A stretch of 64,000 bases of DNA from Lama glama (taxonomy: Eukaryota): NCBI GenBank assembly GCA_028534125.1, contig CM052821.1, positions 52,390,001 to 52,454,000 of the forward strand, in the 5' to 3' direction. Positions within the stretch are counted from its first letter, which is position 1. The number at the start of each line of letters is the position of its first letter. The notes beneath the pieces are model-generated. The model ran no database searches and had not been told where the DNA came from. It saw only the letters and a program-made list of their open reading frames with translations. Both the position numbers and the translations under genes were made by a program. Below, in pieces: positions 1 to 13,290 of the stretch.

Positions 1-804
1 TTTCTAACCAAATAATTAGCACCTTGAAGTCGGGACACCGTGTTTGTGCAGCTCAAAACTGTATCCATAAGACCTGGCACACAGGAGGTGCTCAAAACGT
101 GTTTGTTAATTGAATTCATGGAAAAAATGTATATTCAGGTTTTTAGAGCTATCTTTAAGATTGGTAACATTCCTAGAAGATGGTATCACTGTTGTTCTAG
201 AATGGGGAGACTGAGGTGCAGAGAAACGCTGTCACCAGGGACATAACGTACATCAGTGGACCTCAGATCTCTACACAGTGATATCCTGTGGAGTGTCGGG
301 GTCTCAGTTTCCCATCTATTAATTCATCTAGAAGGTGAATTATTTAAATGAACGGGCTATACGGAGCACTGTGCTTAGCAGTATGGATGAGACAGCTCTG
401 CCTTCATGTTAAAGCATGGTAGCCTGCTGCATGCTCTCCCTCCCTGGAACCCCCTCCCCTCCTCCCCGCCAAATCACAGGGGAGGTTAAAGGCACTCTAC
501 TCAAAGGAGGCTGCCTTGTCCTCTCCTGAGGGTTTGGGTGCATGTGGGAAGATTTTCCTGGGGGAGCCACAGGGAATATCATTAACCAAAAAGTCTTGAG
601 CAGTTCTTGGAAACACCCCCCCACCCCACCCCAGGAGGGGCCTTTTGGTTACCCAGTGGTCTCTGATCTGGGGACACAGCTTCCTCTCACAAAGGAAGAT
701 GTCGAAGCTGCTTCTGGAGTTGGGCGGGGAGGGCTAATTAACCAGAAAAATGCATTTGAGATCTTGGGTAGCCAGATTCAGATGTGTGGAGGAGCCAGTG
801 AGTT

Positions 805-1005
805 CTCCCTGTGTCTCTGTCTTCACATGGCCTTCTTATAAGAATACAAGTCATTGGATTTAGAGCCCACTCTGATCCAGTATGACCTCATCTTAACGTC
901 ATTACATCAGCAAAGACCCTATTTCCAAATCAGGTTATAGTCACAGGTACTGGTGGTTAGGGTTTCAACATATCTTTGGGAGGCCACACAATTCAACTCA
1001 CAATA
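805..1005 (-). mobile_element. MLT1 (MaLR) LTR fragment
   Basis: cttcacatggccttcttataag...gaccctatttccaaat...acacaattcaac is the reverse complement of an MLT1 LTR 5' half. Confidence 0.75.
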
Positions 1006-1781
1006 AGACTCAACGAGGAAAGAACATTCCGTCAGAGGGAAACAACAAGAGAAGAGACCCTGAGGCTGCCCAGGGTAGATTACCCTCCTAGCAACCCACT
1101 GCTCTTTTGAGGCTTATCTCCAGCTCATCTCGGTTCCTGGTACCTAGCAGCTGCCTAAACAGAGCCAGGAGGGAGCTGACCCCCTGGCCTCTCCTTCCAG
1201 TAGACCCTGCTCATTCTGGGTTCCTGAGAACAGCCTTCCTTCCTCCCCCTGTCTGCCTGGTCCCCACCCCCACCAGCATCCCACATGCAAGATGGACAAG
1301 GACAATAAAAGCTGTTTCACAAGCAGGTGGTGATTAATTGCCGAGTTAATTAAAGAGGCAGTAATTACTCTTGGATTTCAGAGGCAGGAGTGATGTCTTA
1401 GGCAGGGGTGGGTGGTCAGCCTAGGTCTCCCAAGAGGTGGAGCCAGAAGATAGAAAGGATTTGAAAAGGCAGGAAGGAAAAAAAACAAAGTAACGCTTTA
1501 AAAAAGTGAGTGCTTCAGCCATAGCTATAACATTTTATTTGACAGAATCAGGTGGTGGGCTTAAGAGGTTTATGCTCATTTCTGTTCTTTTCCATGTCTT
1601 TGAAATATTTCATTAACAACAACAACAAAAAGGCAGGGGGTAGGTTAAGTATTTCTAAACTCCAGTTTGGGATTTGTAAATGGCCTCAGATAGCAGTGTA
1701 CCTCACTCTACACAGTGGAGAGGGCCCTAAAATTATGTGGAAATTGAATCCCTTTTGCCCACCCAGTACATCCTAATGTCA

Positions 1782-1921
1782 NNNNNNNNNNNNNNNNNNN
1801 NNNNNNNNNNNNNNNNNNNNNNNNNNNNNNNNNNNNNNNNNNNNNNNNNNNNNNNNNNNNNNNNNNNNNNNNNNNNNNNNNNNNNNNNNNNNNNNNNNNN
1901 NNNNNNNNNNNNNNNNNNNNN
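1782..1921. other. Assembly gap (140 N)
   Basis: N run. Confidence 0.99.
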
Positions 1922-2299
1922 GCACCCCATGGTGTACACTTTCCCATTGTCAGTAATCACCCCTCATTTATTTGCTCTTATTGGTATGGAATTTGCTATC
2001 AGGTTTCCGTAAAGTGGAGCCCACCAGGAGAGGTGCAATTCCATTTGAGCCTAGTTGAATCCTAGGGTTGGCACCTAAGGGCAGAGGCAGCAGATGAGGA
2101 AGGAAGGGGCCCTTTCTTTGAGAGTCCTTGACCATGGGTGTACTGGTCACCTCTTGACACACCTTCCCTGACTACCTCATTCCTCCTGCAGCTGTGGCCA
2201 CCACAGCCTTCCCAGTTTCTCCCCACCAACTTTCTGCAGCCTCAACCTGTCTCCTGAGTTCTGACCCATTCTCTTGGCTGCCTCTTTTGACACCTCCCA

Positions 2300-2960
2300 C
2301 TGGTTGCCACATGGATTTCTCCCCACATTGCTGCTCTACTCCTGTGCTTCTGGTTGTGTTACTGAAACCAGTCTCTGTCCACTGGATGGGAGCATGGACA
2401 CTCCTTCACACTTATGCCTTGAGGCCAATAGGTCACCAGATCTTGTTGGTCCTCTTCCAAAGTGGCTTTAGAGTCTGGTCCCTTATCCCAACCTCAACCT
2501 CCTTGGTCTCAGTCTCTGCCCCAAAGCTTTTGCCTATCTCAGCAGCCTCCAAATGGAACAGGCCACCCTCCCCAGAACCACTCACTAGAGTTGCCTCCCA
2601 AAGAACAAGGCAGAGGATTTTGCTCTCCTGTTCCCCAATCTCTCTGCGTTCTCCTCAGGCCTCAGCCTGGTATCCAAGGCCCTTCACAACCTAGGCCTGG
2701 CGGCATCTCCCCAGGCTCCTCCCAGTGCCTCCCCTTTCTTGCCATCTCACTCCTTCTATCTTCGGGCCTTTACTTGTGATATTCTCTACCTGGAGTGGCC
2801 TAATCGTTCAAGAGTCCCTCTTCCAGTAAGCCTTCCTTGGTTTGCTCAGGCAAAGTTACCACCCTCCTTGAGGATCCCGTAGCCCTTCCCACAGTGCATG
2901 TTTACCTGGGTTCCTTTGTCTGCCTGCCTTGTCACTCATTCAGGGACATTTACTGAGTGT
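2300..2960 (+). mobile_element. L2 fragment
   Basis: Pyrimidine-rich degenerate L2 3' region (aagccttccttg..., acatttactgag); boundaries approximate. Confidence 0.5.
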
Positions 2961-3324
2961 CACTGGGAGAGGAGTTGTTGGGAGCAATAGCTCTGTTATC
3001 AAACAGGCCCCGATTCAAATCCAGCTTTGTCCCTTGCCAGCTGAGTGAACTTGGGCATTCACTGCCCCTGTCTGAGCCTCAGTTTCTTCCTCTGCCATGC
3101 CCTAGAGCTTGTACCTGTCCTTGGGCAACTGGAAGATGATGCCAGCCTGGTGAGGTCAGTGCTGGGAGAGAATGGAGAGGCCGAGGATTGGGGTGAGCAC
3201 AGAGGCTGTGGCAGCAGCAACCCTCAGGGTCAGAGCCATGAGGAGCATCACATGGAGCACAGAGCAGGGGTGAGACACTGATGTGGGGCTGGGAGGTGGA
3301 GCTGGCTCTTCCAAGAGGGAAATT

Positions 3325-3772
3325 ATACTTGATCCCTAGGCCTGCTATAACCAATTACCACAAACTTGGTGGCTTAAAACAGTGTACACTTTTCCTTTTA
3401 TAGTTCTGGAAGCCAGAAATCCAAAATCAGTTTCAGCAGGGCCGTACCACTTTCAGAGGCTTCGAGGAGAATCTGTTTTGTTGCCCTTTCCAGTTTTTGG
3501 AGCTGCATTCCTTGGCTCATGTCCCCTACATTCATCCTCGAAACCGGCAGTGTAGCATCTTCAAATCCCTCTCTCTGCTTCCATCGTCACGTTGCCTTCT
3601 GCCTTCTGCCTTCTGTCCATAATCTCTCTCTGCATCTGTCTTATAAGGACACTTGTGATGGTAATAACCCAGGATAATCGCCCTATTTTAAAATCCTTAA
3701 TCACAACTGCAAAGTCTCTGCCATGTAAGGTAACATTCACAGATTCTAGATATTAGGATGTGGACATTTTTA
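3325..3772 (-). mobile_element. MLT1 (MLT1C/D-like) solo LTR
   Basis: gctataaccaattaccacaaacttggtggcttaaaaca...ttataaggacacttgtgatgg...ggtaacattcacagattctag, typical MLT1 reverse strand. Confidence 0.8.
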
Positions 3773-5196
3773 TTTCTGGACCTGGTCACTTGGTCTAGAG
3801 TCTCCCTCTCCAGGGGAAGCAACTGCACAGACTTGTTCTAACAGATCAGGAAGGAAGGGAAGGTCTCTCTTGGCTCCACCCCCTGCACATGGCACCCCAC
3901 TCCCATAGGAAGCGGTGGCTGTGGGGCTTCTGGATGAAGGTGAGGGGCACTTGAAGTTGGGTCCTTACTGATTACCAGGAAGTAGGGTTTTTTTTTCAAA
4001 AGGCCTGAGAGCCTGAGCCTTCCTTAGCAACCCAGACACATTCAGGGTGGCTGTGACCCAGCCTGGACACGAGGGACGCATAGGGCTTCTTCAGCGCTCC
4101 TGCTCCACACTCCCCACTGGTCCCGCTGGTCACTCGGAAGGTCCCAGGCCTTCCGTGGTCAGGGCCGTCTGGCCTAGCCTGGGGCAGCTGAGGCAGGAAG
4201 AAAGGCCATCCTGTGAGATGAGGGACCACAGTCAGGATGTCGCTGAGTCGGCTGAGGCACCCCTGACAGTGACAGGGGCTTCTGGAATCAGTCAGCAGAA
4301 CTGCTCTAATAGGGCTCATGGCCCCTGCTGTGTGCTTCACGGGCACGGCACGTGTCATTGATGGAGCCAAACCTCTGACAGCCTCTGCAGCTGGGCGGTG
4401 AAGTGAAGGGCCACTGCCGGCCTGTCTGATGTGCCTGGGCTTCGCTTCCAACAGCCCGGCACAGAGCCTGCCCCTTCCCATCACTCGGAAGGGGGCTGCC
4501 CTTCCAGCACCTACACTCGAGTTGTCTTGCGTATCCCGGTGGTGTGGATGCAGCTACACAGCCTTCTCAGTTTTCACATATGTAAAATGGGTCACGCATT
4601 ACTTAGAGGTTGCTTCCTGGAAACATGGGGATAATCATTCTCTTTTTCAGCAAGAACCAGCACTAAATCACCAGCAAAGGAAAAGCTGCACTTATTCTTT
4701 AAACAAATGGCTCTTGGGCCCCTACTATGAGTCAGGCAGAAAGAGAGACCAGTAAGCTGTTTGCCACACTCAGGAATCTCAGAGTCTCCTGCAGATGTGT
4801 GTGAACTGATTCAATGCAAGGAGGTCAGAGCATGAGAGCGATGAATAAACTGCTTGGTAGGGAGGGAGTTTTAGGGAAGGCTTCCTGGAGGAGGGGGCAT
4901 CTGAGCAGGAATTCTGGCTCAGGTTCAGAGGTGGGGAGTTTGGCACCGTGGGGAACAGCAGCCATGATAGGAGCATGAATGGGAGGGACCTAGAGTGACT
5001 TTGGGCCAGTGGGAGCTGGTCAAAAATGGGACTGATGGACTCCATGAGGACAGCACCGTCTGTGTCTTCTCCTAGCCCCCGCACGGGGCCTGGCACGGAG
5101 CTAGACAGGTGCTGAAAGAATGAAGGGATTGTAAGAGCCCTGTGTACAGGGCTGAGGGTCAAGCCTCCAACCTCTGGACAGCGGAAGCCACTGTGA

Positions 5197-5345
5197 GGTT
5201 TTGCATAAGGTGTAAGGTAGGGGCTAACTCCATCCTTTTGCATGTGGATGTCCATTTCTCCCAGCACTGTTAGTTCAAAAGGCTGTTTTTCCTTGTTGAA
5301 TTATCTTTGCCCCTTTATTGAAAAGAATTGACCATAAATGTAAGG
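5197..5345 (-). mobile_element. L1 ORF2 fragment
   Basis: Minus translation contains SPYLTPYAK, matching the L1 ORF2 LDPYLTPYTKINS motif. Confidence 0.8.
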
Positions 5346-7936
5346 TATTGCAGGGTTTTGAGAGGGGAGTGACGTGGTCAGATCTGTGCTATAGGAAGTT
5401 GAATTTGGTGGCAGAGACTGGGAAGGGCTGGAAGGAGGAGGGGTGGGGGAGAGACTAGATGAATGGGCTCCAAGGAGGGAGGGAGGAGGAACTGGGGAGA
5501 AAAACAGCCCCTAGGCCAGCTGGGGTCCATGGTGGGGAGCCAGGTACAGGGCTGTGCCAAAATGTGGCTAGTGGGGGCCTGTGGCACTCCCTGGGAAACT
5601 GAGGCAGGGTAGGCAAGGGGGTGACAAAGAAAAAGCCTGTGCTCCTCAGCCCCGCAAGTTCCCCAAAGTGGAAAAATTAAACCCTCTCCAGATACAGCCA
5701 TTGCCAGTAGGTTTTCAGTAACGAGAGGATTGTAAATGCAGACAATGCCAATTACAGCAGCATTATCCCGGATTATAAAGCTTCCAAGAGGCGACTCACA
5801 CCTCCAGGCATGCTGTGCCTGGAAATTTCCAGGGGAGGCTTGGGATCCAAACATCCAGGCTGCTTGAAGCCAGGCCCCACAGTGGGTGTGGTCTGCTGGG
5901 CAGGCCTGGCCCCATCACCTCTACTGACCTGCTTTCATTTCCCCAAGGAAACAGAGCACTGAGGGGCAGAAGGACACCCTCCAGCCCCACTACTGGGGGC
6001 ATAGAGTCCCCACATGACTCTTTCTGCCCCCCTCCCCAACCCCCGCACACAGTTGGAGCCAGCCCAAAGCCACCCCTTCTAGGCTATATGACCTTTAGCC
6101 AGTTAGCTTCTTTGCTTTGGTAAAATGGGGAGACGAACCCCCAACTCCGCAGCGTGTTTTCAGGACTAAATGAGATGTTGTAGATAGAGTCTGAGGAATA
6201 GAAACCAGTACAACCTCTGTGCATGATGGTTTAACGTGTCTGTTAAAATAACAAATGTCCAACCCCTGGGCCTCAGAGATTACTTCTCGTCATTTTCTGT
6301 GGAGAAAGTTTTGTAGATATGACCAAGGGTGTTCCCTGCAGCACCTTCTGTAAGGTTAGAAAATCATAAACAACTGAAAATGGCATTAATAGGGGCCTGA
6401 TTAAATTAAGGTCCATCAGGCCAGTAGAATCCTTTGTTGTAATTAAAAGAGTCTGGCAGCTCCTATATGCTGTCCCAGGCAGATCCCCACCACGTGGGGC
6501 TGCATGAACAATGCGAGAGCGAATAACACCTACAGATGATTCTATTTAAGCTTTTCAGAGCCCCACGCAAGCACCATGTATTTTATGTTTGTCTATATGC
6601 ATATATGTATGTAGATGCAATAAAAACAGCCTGAAGGAAACACGCCCTAATGACCCAGTGGGGAGGGGACTGGAACGGAGGCTGGGAGGTGGCAGAACAT
6701 CAAAGAGAACTTCACTTTGCTGTAGTGCAAGTGTTTTACTGCCACACGTGCCTGCATCACCTGTGGAGATGAACACATACACAAAACACACGCCAAAGCC
6801 AAGTGCAGAGTATAGTAACTGTCAGCCTGACCCACGCGCTGTCTAGGCTAAGAGGCCATAATTACAACCGCAGGTCAAGGGAGACACCTAAGAAGGAAGG
6901 TGCCTCAGTGCCTCATGCCAGTGTCTCCAGCTCTTAGCGCCTGGATTCAGGTCTGAGGAAGCCCCTGAGGTGGGCAGATGACATCCCCTGGCACATGGGA
7001 GAGACAGAGATACCACTCAGCCTGGCTGGGCCGAGGCCACAGCCCACCTCTCCTGGCTGAGCAGTCTGCCAAGAAAACTATTAAACTACATAAAAATCCA
7101 TCCTGGAAATCCCAGAGGCATCCTTAGAACGGAGCATGGCCTTTAAATTAGAACGTAAAAAAAAAGGCAAATTTGCCTGTAACTTGATTTCAGGTTAGTG
7201 AGGGCTGGTGGCCAAAACACAACATTGTGCACGGCCAAGGCCCCCACGCCAAGGTCTTGCTATGGGGCTGTGAAGGGGACCCCAGCCCCATCAAGGTCTC
7301 CAGTGTAACCAGCATGTGTTCCCATGGAAACTCTGCTTCGTGCAATCCTCTGGAAATTATTTCTAAGGAGGGGATACCGACTCCCACACCCACTTTTTGT
7401 TTCTGGGTTTGGTTTCCAGGGATAATTTTCTCAAGCAAGTGCTGAGAGGAACAGGAGTGGAAGGAAGGGATGGAGGCTGAAACCCTCCCGAAGGGGCAGA
7501 ATGGGCCATTTCTAAGCTACTACCCTGGGGAGGTCAGTGGAGGCTGAGGGTGTCAACAATAGTTGAAATATTTCAGTTTCCCCAAGGCCCTGAGGAGGGT
7601 GGTGAGGGCATGACCTAGAGATGGTAAGAAATCCCAGGTCAGCATTAGGGCGGGTCAGGCAGACAGACACAGACGCATCAGCCGAGACCCCTACCCTGGT
7701 GGCGTCTTGGGGCAGAGTTTGGACAGTGCCTTCAGGGGCTGCCTGGGGCTTCTGCTACCTGCCCTAGGTCTGGGGTCACCCTCAGGATGGCTGCCATCCA
7801 CCCTCTGGTCTAAGGCTCCCCTTCACCTGGGTCTTACCTGTTGCCCCTCAGCCTCCTTCCCTTGGGCACTCTTCCAGCTGGTGAAGCCCTTCTCCCTCTC
7901 TAGCTCCTTCTAAGGCCCCTCCTGGGCCGGGAACAT

Positions 7937-7962
7937 CACACACACACACACACACACACACA
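7937..7962. repeat. (CA)13 microsatellite
   Basis: Perfect CA run seen directly. Confidence 0.95.
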
Positions 7963-10214
7963 CCCCTCTCTGCTAGACTTGCCCCCACCCACAGGTGCTC
8001 CCTGCAGGGGGCCACAGAGCATAGGGAGTTCCCCCTACCCAGAGAGTCCTGCCCCTCATTTAGCACATTCCAGGCTCCCTCTGAGCTGCCCTTGGCAGCA
8101 GGCAGCCTGTTTCTCCTGGAGGATGAGTGGAGGAGGAAACATCCCCACTGAGCCTCTGCAGAGCAGGGAGTTCCCCATCTGTCCTCTCTGAGCGAGGCCC
8201 AGTGTCTTGATTGTCACTGAGTCTAAGGTTCAGATGGATGTGGCTGCTGCGGGAGGGCTGGGGTTCGAGAGAGGCCAGTGGCCACCCAGTCCCAAACAAC
8301 CCCCAAGGGCAGTTCCTCTCGCTTCTCTCCCCCACCTACTCAGAGTCCTTACAAGCCTGCCCTCAAGGAACTCAGTTTGAGGCCCTCTCTGTCTCCTCTG
8401 CCCTCAGGGCCACCTGCACCCCCTGCAGTAATCTGCCATGCCTCACCCCTGCACCAGCACATCTCCCCAGCCTCAGTCCTGGGGGCTGGGGAATGGGGTG
8501 TCAGTCTTCTTTGCCCCACCCTGAGAGTCTCAGAACATTCTCCCCTGAGGGTTCCACGTTCCACCTCAACCCTCCTCCCCCTCCCTGCCTCTCTCCTTGC
8601 TCATTGAAGACCTCAGCCTCAGCCCAGCCTTGCCCAGAACCGAGATTAGCCATAAAACTGGAAACATCTGTGTCCACAAGAGGGGTGATGAGTCAGTCCC
8701 TGAGGGCCTCACGGGCCACACAGAGGAGCTGGGACTTTTCTCCAAGCCAGGTGGGGACTCTGGGAGGTTTGGAGCCAGGGGAGGGACCAGATCCTATGTA
8801 GGTTTCATCAGGATCCTTTGGCTGGTTCGTGGTGAGAGGACTGTGGGGGCAGGGCTGCTGTGCTGGGGCCTGGGCCAGGGCGTGGGGGCTGCAGTCCCTC
8901 CAGGCTCCCTGCACTACCCCGGGACCAGCTGGAAAAGAAGGTTTCCCAGCCTGAGGGTCTGGGGTCCAGGGGCTGAGGACAGAGAGGCCCAGGCCCAGCG
9001 AGGCAGCCGCCTCCTAGTCTTCTTTGGTTTTTCCTGAAGCGGCTCGGTGCGCCCTGAGTGACCAGTCTCCCCTCACCCCGACCTCAACCCTGGCCTCTGC
9101 CTCGCGCTGTTGGAGTCAGGAGCCTGGAGGACAGTTCTGCACACTGAACAGGCGAGGAGCTCATTTAACTGCACCCTCCCCACGAGCCCTGTAATCCAGC
9201 TCAGGGTCCTTGCTGTGCACTCGAAGGCCAGGCCTGGAACCAAGCTGGGAGGCTGCGGGCTGTCCGGTGGGCCCCGAGGCCCTGTGCTGCCCCAGCAGAG
9301 GGGCTGGGACTCTTCCGGACATCAGTCTATGCCCACCCCCAGCCCTTCTATTCCTGTGGGAGGGGCCTGACCTGCTGAGTTAATGGTGCTGTCCACAAGC
9401 TGGTAGCTAGTGCTGCTCAGGGGCGGGGTCGGAGCCTGGGCCTTGAGCCCCCATCCTCCCAGGCACCTAGGGGTTTGTGTGTGAGGGTACCTCAGGGACC
9501 TCGGGCACAGTCCTGGGGGTGGGGAGGGAGGAGTGGCCTGCCCAGTTCATAAACGAGCAACAGTGGACCATGAGGAGGGGTTGGGGGAGAGCAGGAGAGG
9601 AAGGGTGCAGGGCCCAACAGCTCGGGTGACCCACCCTTTGCCCTTGTCTGCCTCTGAAATGGGTGAGAGTGCAGAGCTGCTGTGAGGGTGACAGGAGGGG
9701 TAATATGAGCACCCGGAGCAGCAGAAATGGCTCAGGGCCAGACACTGAGGGGCGCAGGGCCTGAGCTTCTGCAGCACAAAGGGACCCCTCCACCCACCCA
9801 GGGGAAGCTCCGAGAACCGAGCCATGCAGCTAGACTATGATGGAGAGGAGTGGCCTCGAGGCAGCTGGTAGTGGCACTGGGCAGGGAGGGAAGGAGCTGG
9901 TCTGGCCTCCATCCCCGGGGGGCTGGGCTGGGGCATAAGGCAGATGAAGACAGAGGAGGTGGGTGGGGCCAAGATAGGCCAGATGGAGAGGGCTTTGGGG
10001 AACCAGGCTGTAGAGTGGGAGCAGGAGCAGCTGAGGCCCTGAGGGTGGGGAAGGTTTGAGAAGCAGGGGGTGATGAAACAGTTGGCACTGAGTGTAGAGG
10101 GCCAGGCCAGGAGGAAACAACCTTGGGGTCCTTGTTGGGGGAGTCAGAGCTTCAAGCCATTCAGCACCTGTTCAGCTGGACCTCCCCCTCCCCTGCCCCC
10201 AGTCCCCTGAACTC

Positions 10215-10220
10215 TTTATT
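10215..10220 (-). terminator. Candidate NFAM1 polyadenylation signal (AATAAA); a second candidate lies at 10455-10460
   Basis: TTTATT on plus = AATAAA on minus, about 650 nt after the stop. Usage cannot be shown from sequence and the true 3' UTR may be longer. Confidence 0.3.
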
Positions 10221-10865
10221 CAGCTGCTTGTGCCCGGCCCCTCCCAGATCCCGGCCCCAGGTCTGATGACAGACACTAGCCACCTCCTCAGCCTCCAGCT
10301 CTGTCCCTGAGCCCAGCCCAACCTCTGCATGGTTCACTCTTGCCCAACTCTGTACCTCCCACTCCAGCCCCTGCTCCATTCTGCGGGGCCACCTTGTGCC
10401 TTTGGCCCAGTTGGGCAGGGGGCACGGGGCAGGGGGCATCTGCATAGTTGCTCCTTTATTCATCTACTCCACAATGCCTGTGCACACAGCACTGACAAGG
10501 GCTCCTGGCTGGAACCTCCTGGTGGTGCAGGCAGCTGCAAGGGAGCCTATGCCTCTCGAGAGGGTGAGGAGGGCTCTGGGAGTGGGTGGTGTCCAAGAGA
10601 GTCCTTGAAGACTGAGGGAGGGCCCACCTGGCAGAGGGAAGAGCTTGGGCAGAGGCCTGGAAATGCGGAACACTCAGAGGGTGTGGCTGGGCTGCAGAAT
10701 GAGTGGTTGGGCCCCCTGGCCAAGGCAAGAGGGCCTGGATTGTGAGGGCGAGGTGATGGGGCACCCCTGGGGCCTCACTGCTGGTGTAGGTTGAGTCCCC
10801 CGGAAAGAGAGGCTGCCCCAGGGCCTCTGACCCAGGGCAAGACCTGTGGGCTGGCGGAGTTGGTC

Positions 10866-10925
10866 CTAGAGATTTTCATAGACCAGGTTAAATTCACTGT
10901 CATCCTCAAATCTGCGCTGTTTCTC
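10866..10925 (-). CDS. NFAM1: NFAM1 last coding exon
   Basis: Acceptor (ttttg)n-ttttctccccag|GAG; translates EKQRRFEDDSEFNLVYENL*, matching the NFAM1 C-terminus; TAG at 10868-10866. Confidence 0.96.
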   Translation of the reverse strand, partial: EKQRRFEDDSEFNLVYENL

Positions 10926-10933
10926 CTGGGGAG

Positions 10934-10960
10934 AAAAACAAAACAAAACAAAACAAAACA
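10934..10960. repeat. (AAAAC)n repeat forming the polypyrimidine tract of the last NFAM1 intron
   Basis: aaaaacaaaacaaaacaaaacaaaaca, just intronic of the acceptor at 10926-10927. Confidence 0.9.
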
Positions 10961-12287
10961 GTAGGGAGGGAAAAGAACACACTTGCATGACTTTAGTTTT
11001 AGTCAGAGGCAGACACACAGATGGCTTCCCATGCAGTTTGACAGGGAGGCCTGTCCTTGTCCCCAAGTCCACCTCACCAGCCTCTTCTCCACCCACCCCT
11101 GCTCTCTGCCCTCCAGCCCAACGGGGCTTCTCTTTCCTGCCTTGGGCCTCCCCACATGCTCTTTTCTCCATCTGGGGTACTCCCCCATCCCACCTGTTCC
11201 CTGACTGTCTCCTACTGACTCTGCAGGGCTTGGCTCAGTGTCCCGAGAGCCCCCTCCCCAGCTCTGGTCTAGTCCCTCCCCGGAGCCCACTCTTCACAGG
11301 AGGCTACAATGTCTGCATGTCTGTAAGATCAATGACCCTGTTCCTGCAGACCTGAGTATCCTGGAGGGCAGGGACATGTCTAGGCATCCTGGCCAGGATC
11401 TCAGGGCTTGGCATAGGGTGGGCACTGCCTGGGATGGCCCAGACATCCGTGGGGATCCTGAGGTGGGGAAGCCCTGCCTCCAGTCAGAGCTAAGTTCAGG
11501 AATGAGTATAGAAAGGGCTTGGAGAATAAGAGACTCAACAAACAGAGTCAGCCTGGGTCAGGGGGGCCAAGCACCAGCCACCTCACTTCCTGATGGCTCT
11601 TCCAAGGTGCCCACCCACTGCCCGTGGGCTCCTGAACCCAGCCTTCGCACTTTATGGTGTCCAAAACACTGGTGTAGATATTACTTAACTTGGAATATTT
11701 GAATTCAGGGGCAGTTGCGTTTGCAGGGAAGTGTCACTCATCCACTTTACAGGTGAGCGGACTGCGGTTTAAGAGAGAAGCGTGATCAAGTGACAAGTCT
11801 TAGCCTCCATCATGACAGTAACGAAGCCTTGTCAAGGCCAGCCCAGGCAGGTACCAGCTCAGACTCCAGCTCCTGACTTTAGCCAACATAAGCCTGGGGA
11901 CAGCTCACACGCCATGCCTGATGGGCCAGTGTAGACACTACACTATGCCCGGTGGTGGTCACACAGCGCCTACTGGTTCCAGAACAACTTTTGATCCTCA
12001 CTGCAAATCTGTGAGCTGAGTGTTGTTAGGCTCCTCCATATACAGATGAGGAGATGCAGGCACGGAGGTTAGCTCCGTGGCCAGGGCTGCACAGCTGGTA
12101 AGGGGTGGAGAGGGGTTCAAACCCACCAGGCCTCCTAACTACTAGGCCAGCTGCCTCGGGGAGATGGCTCTGATTCAGGAGCCGGTGGCTTACTCCTGTG
12201 GTCCTACCTACCCGCATTTCACGGATGAGGAGAGGGACAGATGGAGTGAGAGAGGGAGCCCAGCTTGCTGCCGCAGCCTCTGCATAC

Positions 12288-12374
12288 CTGAGAGAGAAGA
12301 CCCTGGGTGGAGGACGGGCTGCTGGCCTCCTTCTGGATGCAGGTGTAGACCTCGGTCTCTCGGCACTGCAGGTC
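12288..12374 (-). CDS. NFAM1: NFAM1 penultimate coding exon (second half of ITAM)
   Basis: Acceptor cccgtctcctgcag|GAC, donor CAG|GTATGC, 87 nt, phase 0-0. Translates DLQCRETEVYTCIQKEASSPSSTQGLLSQ (human ALQRRETEVYACI..., recalled). Confidence 0.95.
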
Positions 12375-13049
12375 CTGCAGGAGACGGGTGAGGGTCAGAG
12401 GGAGGGGAACAGAGGGGCAGGGCCCAGGCCCCAGCAGCCTGCTATACATCGCCCCGGGCTGAGGGAGCCCAGGGGATGGGCAAGCCGGTGAGGGGATGCC
12501 CACCTCGCCCAGCCTCACCACACACCGTCATGCCGCACCTTTGCACCTGCCACTCTCTCCTGGAGCCATCTCACCCCTTTCCCATATATACAGTGAGACT
12601 CCTCTCTGTTTCCCCTGCTGCCTCCCTCACACCACCTCAAGTCTCTAGTAGAGCCTTGAACTTGGCTCCTGCGGGCTCTCGAGATCTCCACCTAGCTGGC
12701 AAGAGGAAGGGCCCAGCCTCATCCCACTAACCCTGCCTATCCGTACGTTCTCGGGCACCTGGCAGCCAGCAGCCTGCAGACGTGACACCCATGGCCAAGG
12801 CTCCAATAGGATGCTCTGCTGGCATCTGCCCTCACTCCCCTAAGCCAAAGTCCTGCCCCTGTGAGGTTCCCACCCACCCATCCACCCTTTTAGACCTCTC
12901 TTGACCCCTCACCCCAGCCTGTGCTCACAGATGCCCTAGGTACCCATTGGTACCTCTCCCACCAAGCTGTGCTCTGGGTCATTATAGCTGTGGTTGGCAC
13001 ACCTGGAGAACACCACCAAATTGGTCCAGCTATGAACAGCCTGAGCAGA

Positions 13050-13290
13050 GGCCTCAGGATGGTGGAAAGAAATAGTTTTGGAATCAGACAAGACTAGGTT
13101 CGACCCTCAGCTCTGACACATGCCAGCCATGGGCAACCCCTGGACCTCTTTGTGCTTCCGTTTCCTCATCTGTAAAATGGGAATATTATACTCCTATTTA
13201 TTAGGAATACTGTATTCCCAAAGAATTGTGCATAAAGGGCTTAGCAATGGGTCTGGCAAATCTTAAGTGCTTAATAACTGTTGAATGATC
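13050..13290 (+). mobile_element. MIR SINE (representative; further MIR relics near 3000, 12000, 17300, 21700, 24400, 26200, 27620, 34290, 35700, 39700, 40500, 44100, 48900)
   Basis: ggaatcagaca...ggttcga...tttcctcatctgtaaaatggg...agtgcttaataa, the MIR core. Confidence 0.85.

Noticed and set aside
4779-5267. ORFs with protein-like motifs at 4779-5267, 49380-49703 and 56678-57025
   Set aside because: Derived from decayed L1 sequence, not host genes.
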